A DNA stretch of 64,000 nucleotides from NCBI GenBank assembly GCA_016748015.1, contig JAAOMT010000061.1, positions 1-64,000 on the forward strand, given 5' to 3'. Position numbers and translations under genes: made by a program. The notes below the pieces were generated by a model. That model saw nothing but the letters and a program-made list of their open reading frames with translations, searched no databases and was not told the DNA's origin. Numbering within the stretch: the first letter of the stretch is position 1; each line of letters starts with the position of its first letter. This document shows positions 40,001 to 54,200 of the stretch, in pieces. This stretch comes from Geosiphon pyriformis uo1 (lineage: Eukaryota > Fungi > Glomeromycota).

Positions 40001-43000
40001 CATGCAGCAGAGATTCTATCAGAAAGAACCTTGGAAAAGATCTTGTGAGCTGTTTCAATTAAAACAATAGGACATGTATTTGTTAGGACATCTTCCCACT
40101 TATAAGATTTGGGAATCATTGACACCCAGGCCTCTTTCCATGGACTGAACACTGATTTACTAGCCAATCAAGAGTTCAATAGCACCAACAGCATCTCCAG
40201 GACCAACTTATTGCAATGTTTCCAAAGCTTATTCGAGATATCTAACAAACCAGCAGCTTTGCCATCAGGAATAACAAAAACCACCCCAAACAATTTATTA
40301 TAACCAATCTGACTTATTACCCCAGAAAAAGCTTCATCAAAAACATACTCCAAAGATTAATATTGGTGGCACCATTCATTTAACACATCATCAATCATCT
40401 GATGCTTCCTAGTTCAGTCCTCTATAATCACATTTACCTTTGTCTTAACCAGATCAGGTTCCAAAATCAGTTCATTATTGATGACCAAATGATTAAGCAC
40501 CATCTTACAAAATGGATGCTCTAGCACACTCCTTATAGTATGACTTTTATTAATTTCAAAACTCTCTATTCTCTTGTTTATAGTAGACCTGATGTTAGTC
40601 TCCTTAGCAATCTGAGATTCAACAAGCTTAAAAGCATGATAAGATTTCCTGGCACTTGAGAGAACAAAATGAACATGACCAGAGTCTACACCAGAGTTCA
40701 CCAGATCCTGAATGACCGAAGCCTTCACACTGTTCAAAAAAGTCCGACATTTTATAAAAGAAACAAAATTTACAACATTCCCCTCACAAGACACCCTGAT
40801 AATCTTTGAAACCAAAAGCTCCAACTTGTAAAACCTCGAAGATTCTTTGAAAAAGACTTTATTAAAGTCCTTGAACCATTTTTTTTTGAACACCTTATTT
40901 GCTAAAAAAACCATTATCTTGCTAACAATTCTCCACATTGCATCTAAATCTGAAAATCTTACTGAAGCAGCAAACTCATCTAAGAACATAGCCACATTAA
41001 CCAATGTGGCACTCTCAAAAACACACTATTTATCTTTATTAACACCCTTGAAATCGAACTTTCATCTGTTTTTGTTTGCTTATTTGTGGAAAGAGTTCAA
41101 TCACATATCCAAAAGCTCACCCAAACCCAAAGACACAGAAACAGCCAGATAATCCATGTCAAAATGCTTACTGACCTCAAAAACATTATGATGTACCAAT
41201 GCATTAACCAGGTTAGAAGAAACAAACACATAGTCAATTGTCTTTTCGACACCCTTAGAATTTGCCCAAGTGGGCTTCTTTGCAACCAGACTCCTGACCA
41301 GATAATTTACCAGTCCCAAGTCAAGGCATTTCTTGAAACTCACACACTTATGAGAACCATCTTCATTAAAATTACCACCAAGAATGGAAAAAAAAAAACT
41401 CATTAACAGCCCTTGCAATAAGAGAATTAATGTTACCAGCCTGAAAAAACTGAATTGCCAAAAAACACTAGTATAGAGTCCCAAAATTGACACTGAAAGT
41501 TTATTTTTGAAAAACAATTTAATAGAAAGAAGCCAACTAGACACTTTAGAAACCTTGCACACATGCTTTGCCAGGAAAGAGTTCATAACAATAACAACAC
41601 CAGCACCCAAATACCCAGATTCCAAACCAGAAGTAAACACCCAAACACCATTAAATTTGTCAGCAATTCAGGGGCAAACTTTTCCCTTTAATTATAAAAA
41701 TAGAAACTAAATTGTTCATGTCTTTGTGCCAATAAATAATATCATTCTGCTTCATGGGATTATTCATTCTTCTAACATTGTACATGGCAACTTTCCAAAT
41801 GAGCTCACTCATTGAGAAGAGAGTTGTGAGTTTACACCGCCAGCCAAAACCAAACTTTTGAAATGAGCAGATAAGCTCAACACGGATCTGGAGAGACTCT
41901 CCAACATATTTTCCAACTTGATAACATAAGGGGACACAGACAAGTCCACAACCAAAGCAGTCTCATCACTAGTGGTCTCATTCAAATCTGCACTCATTAC
42001 TATATCGTCTTCTGGATTCTGAGATGGGAGGGTCACTGGCAACTGACATCCAGAGTTAGGCTGAGAAACTGCTGACATAAGTGAATCCAATCTCTTAGCC
42101 AACTTACCAATTTGTCCCACAAGGCTGACAAAACTGCTTTCAATATTAACTAGATGCCTTTCCAAATTATTTGCAACAGGAAGAGTAGGTCTACCATTGA
42201 CAATAGAACCTAAACATAACTTACTACCAGAAAAAGGAAGAGCAGAAAAAGCACCAGCCACTAATGCCCAAGTTTTACCACCGAAAGCCAGAGGACAAGA
42301 GATAGGTGCAGACTTCTTCGCATAAATTTTAGCTAACCTGACCTGGTTCTGAACCAAAAGGGGAGCTTTTCTGCTGCCTGGAACCACATTACTCTTGACT
42401 AACCTACAATTAAAAGATGTATGACCATAATTCTTGCAAACCGTACATGAAGCCAGAGAGAAATGGGACCAACAGAGACCAATGTTTTTTATAACTGGGG
42501 TTGCTGCCATTGCACCAACCAAATCTACTTTAGAACTGAAGCACACAGTAACACAGTGGGCGTGAGAATAACTGATAGAATCATGATTGATAAAGCAGGT
42601 TTTCCCACCCACAGAACCAATGAAGTCTCACAAATCATGAGTGGTAGTTCTCATGGAGAGAGTGTATAGCAAAGTCCTAAAACTATCTCTGGTCTCCCAT
42701 AATTGTTTGTTGATATCCACTCTGGCCACTCGAACTGCATTTTTCCCAATAAGAATAGACTATTTAGAAGCCAAAAGATCAGCCTGATTTTGATCTTCTA
42801 ATTCAATGATTGCTTTTTGCCACAAACTTACCAATTGCATTTTGATCAACCTAATGACACCGAATTCAGACACAGTCATGTGCACAGCCTCTATAGATGT
42901 TCCTACTGGAATTTCCTTTAGCACAATTGCCCAATTCATACAATTGTTGACAGGACGCTTGAGATCAGTGTTTACCACAATACCATGCTCATTGGCCAAA

Positions 43001-43770
43001 TTTGCTGCTGCTATTATTGCCTTTTCAGAAGTGAATATTGCCCAGATGATCCCACCAAATTTTGAGAGAGTAGAAGCCTCCCCAAAATCATTCACACCAA
43101 AGAAAATTTTTCTGACAAAAATCAATTTTTCCTGAGAGGATTTCTCAGCAATATTGACAAGGTCAATGTCCAAAGCAAAAGATTTACAGACAGAAACTTG
43201 AATAGAAGACTTGGGTAAAAGCGGAGACAGAAGGAAAACAGACTCATCTAATACATTACTATTATTATCACTTTCCTTGCCAAAATCAATTGTACCTAGA
43301 GGCTTTCCAAGAATGCACTTTGTGATTATTCTTTTAGGACCTTTGGGCGTCATCTCAACATCATCACTACCAGACTCTTCTCCACTTCCCAGTTGAAAAC
43401 TTGTCTCTTCTACCAAGAATTCCTCTTCCATGTTAACACTTTCCAACTCAGTAGTATCCCCATTCTCAGATACAGCCGAATTACCAGTGGTGCCACCAAC
43501 AGAAACACCAACCATCTTGAGAGATTTTTTCAACAGACCACCCTTTCGCTTCTTTTTAGAAGATAAATTCACAACAGCAAAACCAGAAATTGACTTTTTC
43601 TTGTACTTTTTCATAGCAGAAACACCACTGCTGTTAGCAGTCTTGTATTCAAACAGAAAAGATTTTGTAGTATCTAACTAAATAGTGAAAGGAATATAGA
43701 CAGGAAAAAACTTCTTTCAAAATTCGTACTTTTTCAGGAATTTGGGATATAGGAAAGAAAAAAGTTTTTT
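37005..43770 (-). mobile_element. LINE copy F, full length, decayed
   Basis: 5' motif ~43707-43768. ORF1 fragments 42760-43614 and 41809-42612 (CTVCKNYGHTSFNC). APE (GGNFNEDG, TIDYVF), RT, RNase H (IYTNGSL, KVKSHSGVSGNECAN), 3' UTR and poly(A). Degenerate TSD 36987-37004 vs 43771-43787. Confidence 0.94.
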
Positions 43771-44860
43771 TGTTTTAGAATCTTTTATTTTTAAATATTG
43801 TTAATTAAATTTTACTTGTTAATTTTTTGTTTTTATTACTTTAAAAATTGCTAAATCTTTTGTAATTGTTATTGCTTTTGTTTTGTAATTGTTTTATATA
43901 ATATATTTTTTTGGTTTTTATTAATAATATTAATTTAAAATCTGTTAATTAATAACAATATATTATTGTTTATTTTAAAAATTTTAAAGTTATTAAAACT
44001 GTTTTTGTTTATTGATTTTTTTTAATTATAAAAAATAGTATTAGAATTTTTCGATTCTTTAATTTAATATATTTAAAACCAAATTAATATATTTTTCTTT
44101 GACTATACTGTTTTTTAGATTAATAATTATATTTGTTTTATTTTTGATTTTTTTGGTAAATAAATTATGTAATTATTATATTTGGGTTTTAAGTTAACTT
44201 AAATATTATTGTTAATAAACTGATATTTTGAAAAAAAAATTATATTTGAAAAAAATTTTAAAAATTAATATTGTTTTAAATACTAATCTTAATTATTTAG
44301 TCTTTAATTATAAGATGTTTTTACTTTTTTTTAAAGTTTTTTTAAACTTATAATTGGCTTTAATCTTATTTTATTAGTACAAAATCTTATATTAAAACTG
44401 TTATTTTTTTGGTTTTTTTTGTTGTTATTATTGTTATTAATTTTGTAATTGGCTTTTTTGGAATTTAAACTAATTAAGTTGGCTTGTTAGTCAAATTTAT
44501 TGTTAAATTTATTAATATTTTGGTTTTTTTAATTATAAAGTTGATTGGTGCTTTTTTTTAAATATTAAAATTAATAAAAATATTTTATAATTAATAAAAA
44601 TATTGGTATTATTAAAATTATTATAAAATATAATTTTTTTAGATAATAATATAATTAATAATAATTTTAGGTATTTTCTTAGTAAAAATATTTTTGTTAA
44701 AATAATAACACTTTAAAAACTACAAACTTTTAATATTAAATTGATATAATTAAAACTACTATATAAATAATAATTTGATTTTTAATAGTAATAATTTAAT
44801 TATAATTTTACATAAAAGAATTATTTTAGATAAGTTTACTTTTGTAAATTTAATTTAATT

Positions 44861-44920
44861 TAGTTTATCTAAGTCAGTTTAAGTAACTAGCCACATATAA
44901 AAAATGCATAAATATTGTAT
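44861..44920 (+). other. Fossil LINE 3' UTR motif inside an AT-rich spacer
   Basis: tcagtttaagtaactagccacatataaaaaatgcataaa aligns with the 3' UTR of E (tcagtttgagtggctggtcatgtgtaaaaaatacataa) and D (gagtggctagccacatgtagaaagtgcgtgaa), mostly through G>A/C>T changes. Confidence 0.6.
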
Positions 44921-45589
44921 TAAATAATAATTGGATTAAATTTTATTAAAGTATAAAAATATACAAAAAAACTTATTTTTTAAAAAATATATTAATTAAT
45001 AACTTAAAAGTTTAATTTTTATAACAATTATAAAGTTGCATCTTATATTTAAAAACAATTATTAATGAAGTTTTTTTACTTGTTACAAAAAAATTAAGTG
45101 TGTTAATATTTTTGTATGCTATTGTATGTAAATATAAAAATTATTAATTTCAAAACAATTAATATAAATACTATATATATAAATTACTTACAAAAACAAA
45201 ATATTTTAAACTTAAAACATATATTTTGTAAATAACAGCAAAAACTTATTTATTAATGTAATTGGTTATTTAGCTTTTGTATATAAAAAATATTTAATGC
45301 ATCAGATTTATTTATAATAAAAATTGTTAATTAATTAATCATCGGTCATTATATTATTAAAATCGAACTTTTAACATCTTTGTAACCAAAATTACCTGAA
45401 TCAAGTGCTGTATTTTTGACACAATGGAATATTTCTTAACGTTAAATTCTTTTTAGGATGAGTTTCTCATTTGTAGAGATTTATCATGACTACGAAAATT
45501 ATTGTTCGCAAACCAACCCTCAGGAGGAAATCTCTCAAGATCATTGTTTGCTAAAGGACACAAAAGCATTCCCAGTATTAAGAAAAAAC

Positions 45590-48281
45590 TTAAGATGAAA
45601 AGCGATCGGGAAACTGCGGATAATTTCTTGCGAATACTAGTTGAGATTTTGCGGCCTTATAAACAAATAAAATAAATTAGGTAAGAGGCAGACAATCAAT
45701 AAAAATCACTGGTCATACAAACCTCAGCGTATTGTATATGTGCAACAAGTTCTTGTTCAGTACGTGCAATCTCAATACACTTTTCAATATACTTCAAGGC
45801 TAATTCGGTCTTGCCTGCTTGCAAAAGGATTTGAGCCATCGCAGGATTCGCGACATCACTTTCGGGATCAACTAAACCACGAAATTCATGATTTAGTTTT
45901 TTCAAGGCAACGAAATATTAAAACCGTGACCTAAGAGTAAAAATTATTGAAACTAGGATATTCACCTTTGAGAGCCTCACGGCATAGTTCTTCAGCTTGT
46001 ACTGGGTCTTGGCGCTGAAATTCTGCCAGCCCTTTGTTAACATAGTGCAAGGGGTTATCTTTTTGAAGCTCTATAGCTTTATCAAAATGCTCCATTGCAT
46101 CTTCGAAACGCTGCTGGTCAAGTAGAACTTCACCATAGTAGGTATGAATCTCCGCTGATTGAGGGAACTTTTTTAGACTCTGTTCAAAAGCTTCAATGCT
46201 ATCCTCGATAGCTCCTATCTTATATTGGGCAACAGCAAGTTGAATATAGCTTAAGAGAAAATCTCCATTAATCGCAATGCTTTGTTCATAATCTTTTATT
46301 GCCTCCTGAAAGTTACCAGTTATGAAGTGAACTTTATCAAACAAAATTAATTGTTAGTATGGCAATTTAAAATGATGGTTTATAAGAAAAGAATGAAAAT
46401 TTTTCTTAGCGAGACGGTTCTTGATAGTTACAAAAGGTTCAATATATGACCAGATAACCAATCGATTATTTCTGCTTACCTTGTCCCCTGAAATTTAAAA
46501 AATGAAATGAGCTTTTTTGTTTTTATATATTTCATTAACTATAAAATTACCTGTGGTAATAAATATTGGGATTCTTCGGATTCACTTTGGTAGCCTCTTC
46601 AAAATCGTGCAAAGCATCAGATATGTTACCTAAGAGATGTAGGAAATATTTAAGATCCACTGAATTAACGTCCTAAGATAAAATTCTCATGGAATACCTT
46701 GCTCCATGAAAATAGTGGCTCGTTTGATATATGGCCCAGGTATTTGAGGGTTCAATAAGATTGCTCTATTGTAATCTTTTAAAGCATCCTCAGTATCACC
46801 TTGCAAATAAACAAAGGTGCCGCGCATTTCATGTGCCTCAGCCATATGTGAACACCCTAATTCAATTGCCTTTCGAAATGCTGTTTGAGCCTCGGGATAT
46901 TTATGCCCTCGAAGAAGTTTTTGTCCACGTTTGAAAAATGCGTCGCCATCTGCCTCATAGACTGTGTCATTCTCAAGAACTGTGTCATCCTTATTGATTA
47001 AATATGGTGCAAGTTTTTTTTCAGAGCTCTCCTGCTCAATATTATCGTCGGCTTTTTCATCTTTGTCTGTGGATTTTAGGTAAGATATGATTGACAATTT
47101 GGCTTTTTGGTGCTCAGACAATGGGATAGAAAGAGTAAAAAAGTTTAAAACCTTGTTGAAAGGTTTCTAAAAAGGAAGTTATGAATCTTTGAGAAGGAAG
47201 CCGCCTCGGTCGAGTCTAGATTCCGATAAATTATAATGGCCCCATTTGAAAGTTATCAACTGACACTAAGCTTAGATACTAAAACGAGTATTATAGAAAC
47301 CTTCATAAGTTCTTGAGCTTTAGATTGAGCGATTATATTCAGGATCCTGTCCATCGACTTGTTTGTGGTGTTATTAGCAAGTTTGTCTAGAATGCATGAC
47401 GCGGTATAGTCTACAAAGAGAAAACCTATCATCAACCCATTTATTATCTGTGGTCGTAAGATTGTGAAAGATAAATACCATTTAAAGCATCTTGATATTG
47501 TTGTGTTTGTTCATAAGCGGCAGCACGCCTATTTAAAGCTTTTATGTAGAAGGGATCCAACTGCAAGGCTTTATCGCAGTCCTCAATAACATTGAAAAAA
47601 GCCTCTATGTTATAATAACATGCAGCTCGATTACTGTAAAAGACAGGATCAGGATAAAATTCAATAGCCCGTGTATAGAGTGCGGCGGCCCTTTCATAAT
47701 CTTTATCCGCATATGCTTTGTTACCACGAGCCTTAAGCAGCTGGGCTGCTTTAGAACGTTTCTATTTAATTCAAAGATTATTAGATTTTATCACCAAAGT
47801 TAAAGGCAGCTTGATATTATATCAGACCTCTTGGGGCAAAGCTTCAATTTCCAATTTTGAAAGATTATCATATTCTGTTTCCTCTTCGATTGCTTTGCCT
47901 CGAACACCTTTTTCTAATATGTAGATCGGAAAGAAAAAAACAATTGAATGTTGTTAAATTTATATAAAGATTACTGAGAGCTATAAGTAAATGTATATAA
48001 CCAGAGGTGGAAGGAGCCTTTCCATCTAGAGAAGACCGACCGCTCCCTTTTGAAGTTTTTCCTCGCTTTGGTTTACGTGTCTTTGGTCGGGGTGATTTAG
48101 AAAAGCCATAATAATATAAACCAATCCCCGAACATATTAGGGCGGCAGAAATGGCAATATAAAACTTATGGTCTTTGTTTGAAAAAAATTCTTTCACAGA
48201 TTGGTAAAGAGCTTGTTCATTTTTGACGATACTATCTTCTGAAATGACATTAATGCTGGAGGCGACGGAAGAGTTAGGCAT
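45590..48281 (-). CDS. TOM70: Mitochondrial outer-membrane import receptor Tom70 (TPR protein), 11 exons, 619 aa
   Basis: Exons 48281-48002, 47913-47828, 47761-47479, 47410-47301, 47215-47152, 47066-46698, 46629-46551, 46487-46480, 46331-45966, 45871-45723 and 45655-45590. All introns GT-AG, total 1860 nt, no stops. N-terminal signal-anchor ([20 protein letters not shown]) followed by a basic stretch. Clamp TPR (LKARGNKAY...[11 protein letters not shown]...[11 protein letters not shown]), [11 protein letters not shown] and YYHRGQVHFI motifs typical of fungal Tom70. Confidence 0.95.
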
Positions 48282-48349
48282 TACGAACAAAAAGGGAAAA
48301 AATGATTTTTAGTATATAGAATTTAAAAAAGATGTTAATTTATGAGATT

Positions 48350-48410
48350 AAGTGACATCATGTGATTCTGATTTCGGTAACTGACCTGAAAATAGATTTC
48401 TCGCGTTGTG
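48350..48410 (-). promoter_or_regulatory. Putative TOM70 proximal promoter elements (E-box-like TCATGTGA, CGCG element)
   Basis: gtgacatcatgtgat ~70-85 nt upstream of the ATG and tctcgcg near 48400, just before the drop to AT-rich DNA. Function untested. Confidence 0.3.
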
Positions 48411-51290
48411 TTACAATTCAGCACCTATTTTTAATGTATTTTCCCTTTGTTATAAAATATTTGTTGTTTTAAAATTAAAGCAATCAAACCTTTTAATATA
48501 AACAATTAATTTAACATTTGTTAAAAATACATTGTTATGTGTTTTAATATATCGGTATTTTTACTTTAATAAAATAAAATTTTAATATTGAATATGACAT
48601 TACAATATTTTATAAAATTATATATATGTTAAATTACTGTTTAAAAATATCTAAACATAATTTGTAAATATTAAAGCTTATTTTTAATTATCTTAAATAT
48701 ATTTAACTTAAAATAAAATATAAATAAATATTACAATATGAAGTTTTATTTCTTAAATTATTTTTATTTTTAAATTAATGTATTTTTTAATATTATTTAT
48801 AAAAATTAAAATATTTATTTATTACATAATGATTGTTACTTGTCAAAAAACATTAAAAGTAACAATTAAAAATTGATTTTATTATTAAAGATTTTACTTA
48901 TTTTGTTTTTAATTATTTTATTATTATTGCCAATTAAAATTAATGTAAACTTTTATATTAAATTATGTTTTTAATATTGATTGTCAAAAGAATTAAATGC
49001 CAAATGAAATATTAAGTAATTGAAAGTACATAATACAATAATGAAAATATTATTTTTTATTATTATTTAATTTTAATTTTTTATTTTCATTTTTGTATTA
49101 AAATTTTTTAAAAGATTTAAAATTAAAAAAGATTATTTAATTATTAAAGAATATTTTTAATCACATTTTATGTTTTAGAAAAAATAATTTTGGCTAATAA
49201 AAAATTCAAAAAAATGTAATTAAATAAATAAAAGAATTTTGTTTTATGAAAACTTAAATTATAATTATTTTATTTAATGTTTACACTAATATTTTTTGCA
49301 TATTATTATTATTAACTGAAAAAATTTAAATTTAAAAAACAAAAACTATTAATTATGCTAATTTTTTTATTTTATTTATAATTTAAATATTTTAATAATT
49401 ATAAACATAAAATTAAGTCTTATAACATTAATATTAATAAAATTTCAAAACCAATCTGGTTTAAATTAACTTGATCTGATTGGAATTAAATTTAAGTTAA
49501 AATTTGGTTCGGCTTATAAGCTTTATATATATTTTGCCAATTTTTTAATTAATAAAATAAATAATTTATTATTATTAAAATATTTACAAAACAACTTATT
49601 AATAAATTTGTTAAAATTAAAGTTATTAAATAATTATTTTTTTATAGTTTTTATAATTGTATTGTTAAATAAAATTAATTTTTAAATATTTATAATTTTA
49701 AAAACCAATTATTTATTTAAATTATTAACAGTTAATATATATTAGAATAATTTAAAATACAAGTTAATAATTTATTTATTTGTTTAAATGAGTTTTAATT
49801 TTATTAAAATTAATATTATAATATAATTAAAATTAAATTAATGTTAAAATTATAATATTATTGTTATTAAAAATCTTAGCAATATTTAATTTAAATTTAA
49901 CAACAAATATTTTTTAATTGAAAATTTTTTTTCTTTAAAGTTTTTTTAAAAAAATTTATTTAAGATAATTTTAGTATAATTTTTGTTATTATTATTATTA
50001 TTATTGCTTAAATAGTTAAAAAAGTTAAAACAATTAAAAAAGTTGAAATAGCTAAAAAAAATTTTTTTAAAGTATTAAAAATTCTTTTTTTTGGTATTTT
50101 TAATACTAATTTTATTATTTTAAAGCCAGTTTTTTTTTATAAAAAATAAAAATTTGATTTATTTTATTTTTTTTGGCTTTTTTGTTAATTTTATATTATT
50201 TATATTAATTATGATATTCAGTTTTATTATGATTATAAATAATATTACAAAAAATTATTCTTAATAATTATAAGTATTATTTTATTAATATTTAAAAATT
50301 TATTAACAAAAAATAAACCAATTTTTTTTATAAGTAATATTGGTTTATTAAATGTTTTGTTTTTATTAAAATTATTAATAATAACTTTTTATTATGTTTA
50401 TTTAATAAAAAAAATTTTCAAAGTATTTTTATACTTTAAGCTATATATTAATACTTCTAAATATAATAAAAAATTTATTAATAAAGCCATTAAAAAATTA
50501 AAAATAACATTAATAATAATAAAAATAAACATAATAGAATTAATACCAAATATATTTCAAAACTTAAAAACTAAATTTCTAATTAATTATTGTTATTATT
50601 AATTAAAAAAACACTTAATTAAAATATTTAACAAAACAACAATATACTATTTAAAAAGTTTTATTAGAAAAACCAATAATATATTCTATTTAAAACAATT
50701 TATAGAATTTTTAAAATATTTAAAAACTGATACAAAGTATTATTAAATTTAATTATAAGCATAATAATAATTAATAATATTAAACAAATAACCAATTTAC
50801 AGTTTTAAAAATTACAACAACAAACTAATAATACAATATTAAATTACTATATTAATATAAAATTTAATAAAAAAATTAATTTTAATTTTAATAAAGCTTA
50901 ATCTTAAAAAGAAAAGATAATAAAATAATTCAAAAATTATAATTTAATTATAATATAACACAATAATAATTTTAAAAAAGTAATAATTAATATAATAACA
51001 ATTATTAAATAGTATTAATAACAAGCATTATTTTATAATATAATAACAATAAATATTATATTAAAATATTAAAAATAAAATAGTATAATATTTTTTTTTA
51101 TAAAAATACAAACATATATATACAATAGTTTTATTTTTTAGTTTTTATTTCTAATATTTCACATTAATTATCTTTTAATATTTACTTTTTAATTAAATAT
51201 TTAAACAAGTTTTTAATTAAAAAAAATAAGAAATAATATTAAAAATTAAATTATTACAATAAAAATATTAAAAAAACAAAAAAAAAACTT

Positions 51291-54200
51291 AAAAACTTCT
51301 TTCCCTCTTATGTTTAAAATTTCTTAAAAAGCACATTTTTGAAAAAAAAGTTTTTTGTTTTTTTTTTATTAATTTATATCAATATTTTTTTACCTAATAA
51401 CCCTTTTTTTATGAAGTTGAAGACTGCTTTGACTAGCAACATATCTAAAAAAAAGGTGTTCAAAAATGTTTTTTATGGTTCTGCTGGTGGTTTTTTCTCA
51501 TAAAAAAAAAGTAATCTTTGGAAATATCAAACATTCTGGTGATAAAAAAGATATCTCTTTAATTAAATCTGGATTTGGTAATAGTATGTTTTCTGATATG
51601 AACAGTTTGTCTGGTAAGGATGAGAATATTAACATGTTTGATATTAGTGATAAGTTTCTTTTGAACTTGGTTACTATTATTTTAAAAGCTAAGTATGTTA
51701 ATATTGGTGCTGGTTTTGGCTTTCCACTCAGTTTTCCAAACTTTAATATGGATGATAATAAGATCTTTCTCCTTTTTCACTTATCTATCTATCTGGATAA
51801 AAAATGAATTGACCCAAAAATTGTCAAGTTTTAAGTAGAAATACTTATTAAAAAGTTTTTTGCTTTAAACATTAATTTTTTTGCTGTAAATAGCATATCT
51901 ATAACAGCCAAAACTTAGGCAGTTAGAAAAATATTTTCAATAATTAATGGTTTTGGAGAGGCTATTATCTCTTCAAAATTTGAAGAGATTATTAGATCAA
52001 TGTTTACATTAAAGAAGAGCATAAAAAAGACTGCTTTATTGGCCAAAAAAAATAACATTATAGTAAACAACAATCTTAAAAGACAAGAATTTCGTTCAGA
52101 TTGGACTGTAATTATCAAAAAAATTTCTATGAATATGCCAAAAAAAATGATTGTTACTGCAATAGTTGAGTTTGAAGAAATTAAGTCAATCTGTTTACAA
52201 TTAATGGAATTTGCCAATTTGAATTAAGCTAATCTGTTGGTTGCGAGATGGTTATTTTTAATTAGAAAAAATTCTGTGCATATAGCCAAAGCCATGAAAA
52301 ATTGCAATATTTGGGCATTAAAAGATCAGTTTAGGATGTTTCTGTTTACTTTGCCAATAAAAACAACAGTTTATAATTTGGGTATTTTGTTAGAAAGTGC
52401 TGGTAGGAAAACTTGCATCATTAATTATTTACTTGAATCTAATAATAAGGTCCATTCTGCTGTAATTAGCTTTGGTTCTAAGGAGGAACTTAAATCTGCT
52501 TTTTGTACAGAACTGATTTTTGGTGAGATAAAATTATCTTAAGCTAAATTTGATTTGGTTTATTGTGAAAAGTGTAAACAGTTTGGACATTCTACTTTTG
52601 AGTGTAATGCTTCATATGCATTAGTTTTGTCTATCTCAAAACTTTATAAAAGAATTATCTTAAAAGAGATCCATCTTTGGCTTGTCAAGTTGTACACAAA
52701 AAAAAGTGTTCTGATTTCTTGTTCTGTTGCTTTTGGTGACAAATTTTAGGTGCAAGTAGTTTTATTTGCTTTTTTTCTTAGTAGTTCTTATCTTAATTCT
52801 GGTTCTGGTTTTGGTTTTCCTTTTTCTGGTGCTTCAAATAATAAAAAAAACATACTAGTTGTTTAAAATAATTCTTTAATTAATAGTTATTTGGCTTCTT
52901 TAGAATGTTCCTTAGAGCTTTTAGCTAACCAAATATCAAATATTATAAGTAAACTAAGCATAATTGATCTAATGTCTCTGACATCTATTCCTTGACCTTT
53001 CTGTTGCGATTATATTTTTGAGTTCAAATTCGGATTTGAATATGGTTCTGAATGGTTTTCAAGTGTCTTTTGTATTTTTTTTCTTGGTTTTGGTTGATAC
53101 AGCTTCAACTTTAAGTTTAAGTAGTTCAAAAATCTTAACCACTAAGATGAACAGTCTAAAATTAAAGTTGTTGGCTTTTGAGACATTTGTGAGTTCAGTT
53201 TTGGTAAAATTAGATCTGTTGTGTATTAGTTTAGGTGTATCAACATCTTTTTTTTCTTAATAAATGACTTTATTTAAAAAATTATTATGTGTAATGTCTA
53301 AAAAATAAACAATATAGCTAAGCAGAAAGATATAATTAGATGACATATTGAGTTTGACAATTGGATTTTTTTTCTCATTAAAATTAAACTAAAAGATCAG
53401 ATTTAATTTTGAATCAAGGATAGGTTTTAGAGTATGAAAATTTTTGTTTCTGGATTGAATACTGGTTACATGAGTACAAAAGTGACTATTGTGTTAAATG
53501 ACTCTTTGGCTTGATATGTGTGTAAGATTTCTGAGATTTCAGATTAATTTGTTTCAGTTCATCTTCTTTTTGGCAATAAGTTTTTGGTTATGTTAATAAG
53601 TTTATATGCTAATATGTTGGTTAATGTGTAATTTGATCAGGCCAACATAATAAATTTTTTTATTGTCAAAGTAATTAATTCAAGCTTTCATGTTGTGTTA
53701 AGTAGTAATTTCAATGAAGATAAAATTAAATACAGCACCAATTTCAAGAAGTGTTTTAATCTGGGTTTGTGTAACTCTCTTTTTAGTGGGATGGCTTTCA
53801 AGTTTTCTATATGGTCTAATTTATAAGATGTGAAAAAAACTATTAATTATATTTTTGTTAATGAACATCTTTCTTTCTCTGTAATAGTTTAAAGTATTAA
53901 TAATATAACTAAATTTTTTAATACTGACTACAAGGCTGTTACAGTTTTTTTCAGTCTTGGTAATTTATTGAATAAGCATTTGTTTGCAGTGTATAAGCAA
54001 GCTAATAAAGATTATTGGAAGTTTAGAGTTAAAGATTTGAATAATACTAAGTGGTTTTGTTTTCAAAATAGTATTTCTGTTGGTCTGTTTGAAATTTTGA
54101 GTAGTTTTAATATTGCAAAAAATTTGAGAGATCTGAACATTATGTGAAAGATTTTAAGGAGGGTAATTGTCAATGCAGCTGACAAAAAATTTTCTAAACA

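Noticed and set aside
50357-50602. 81-aa ORF in AT-rich DNA
   Set aside because: Same compositional artefact, with no domain signal.
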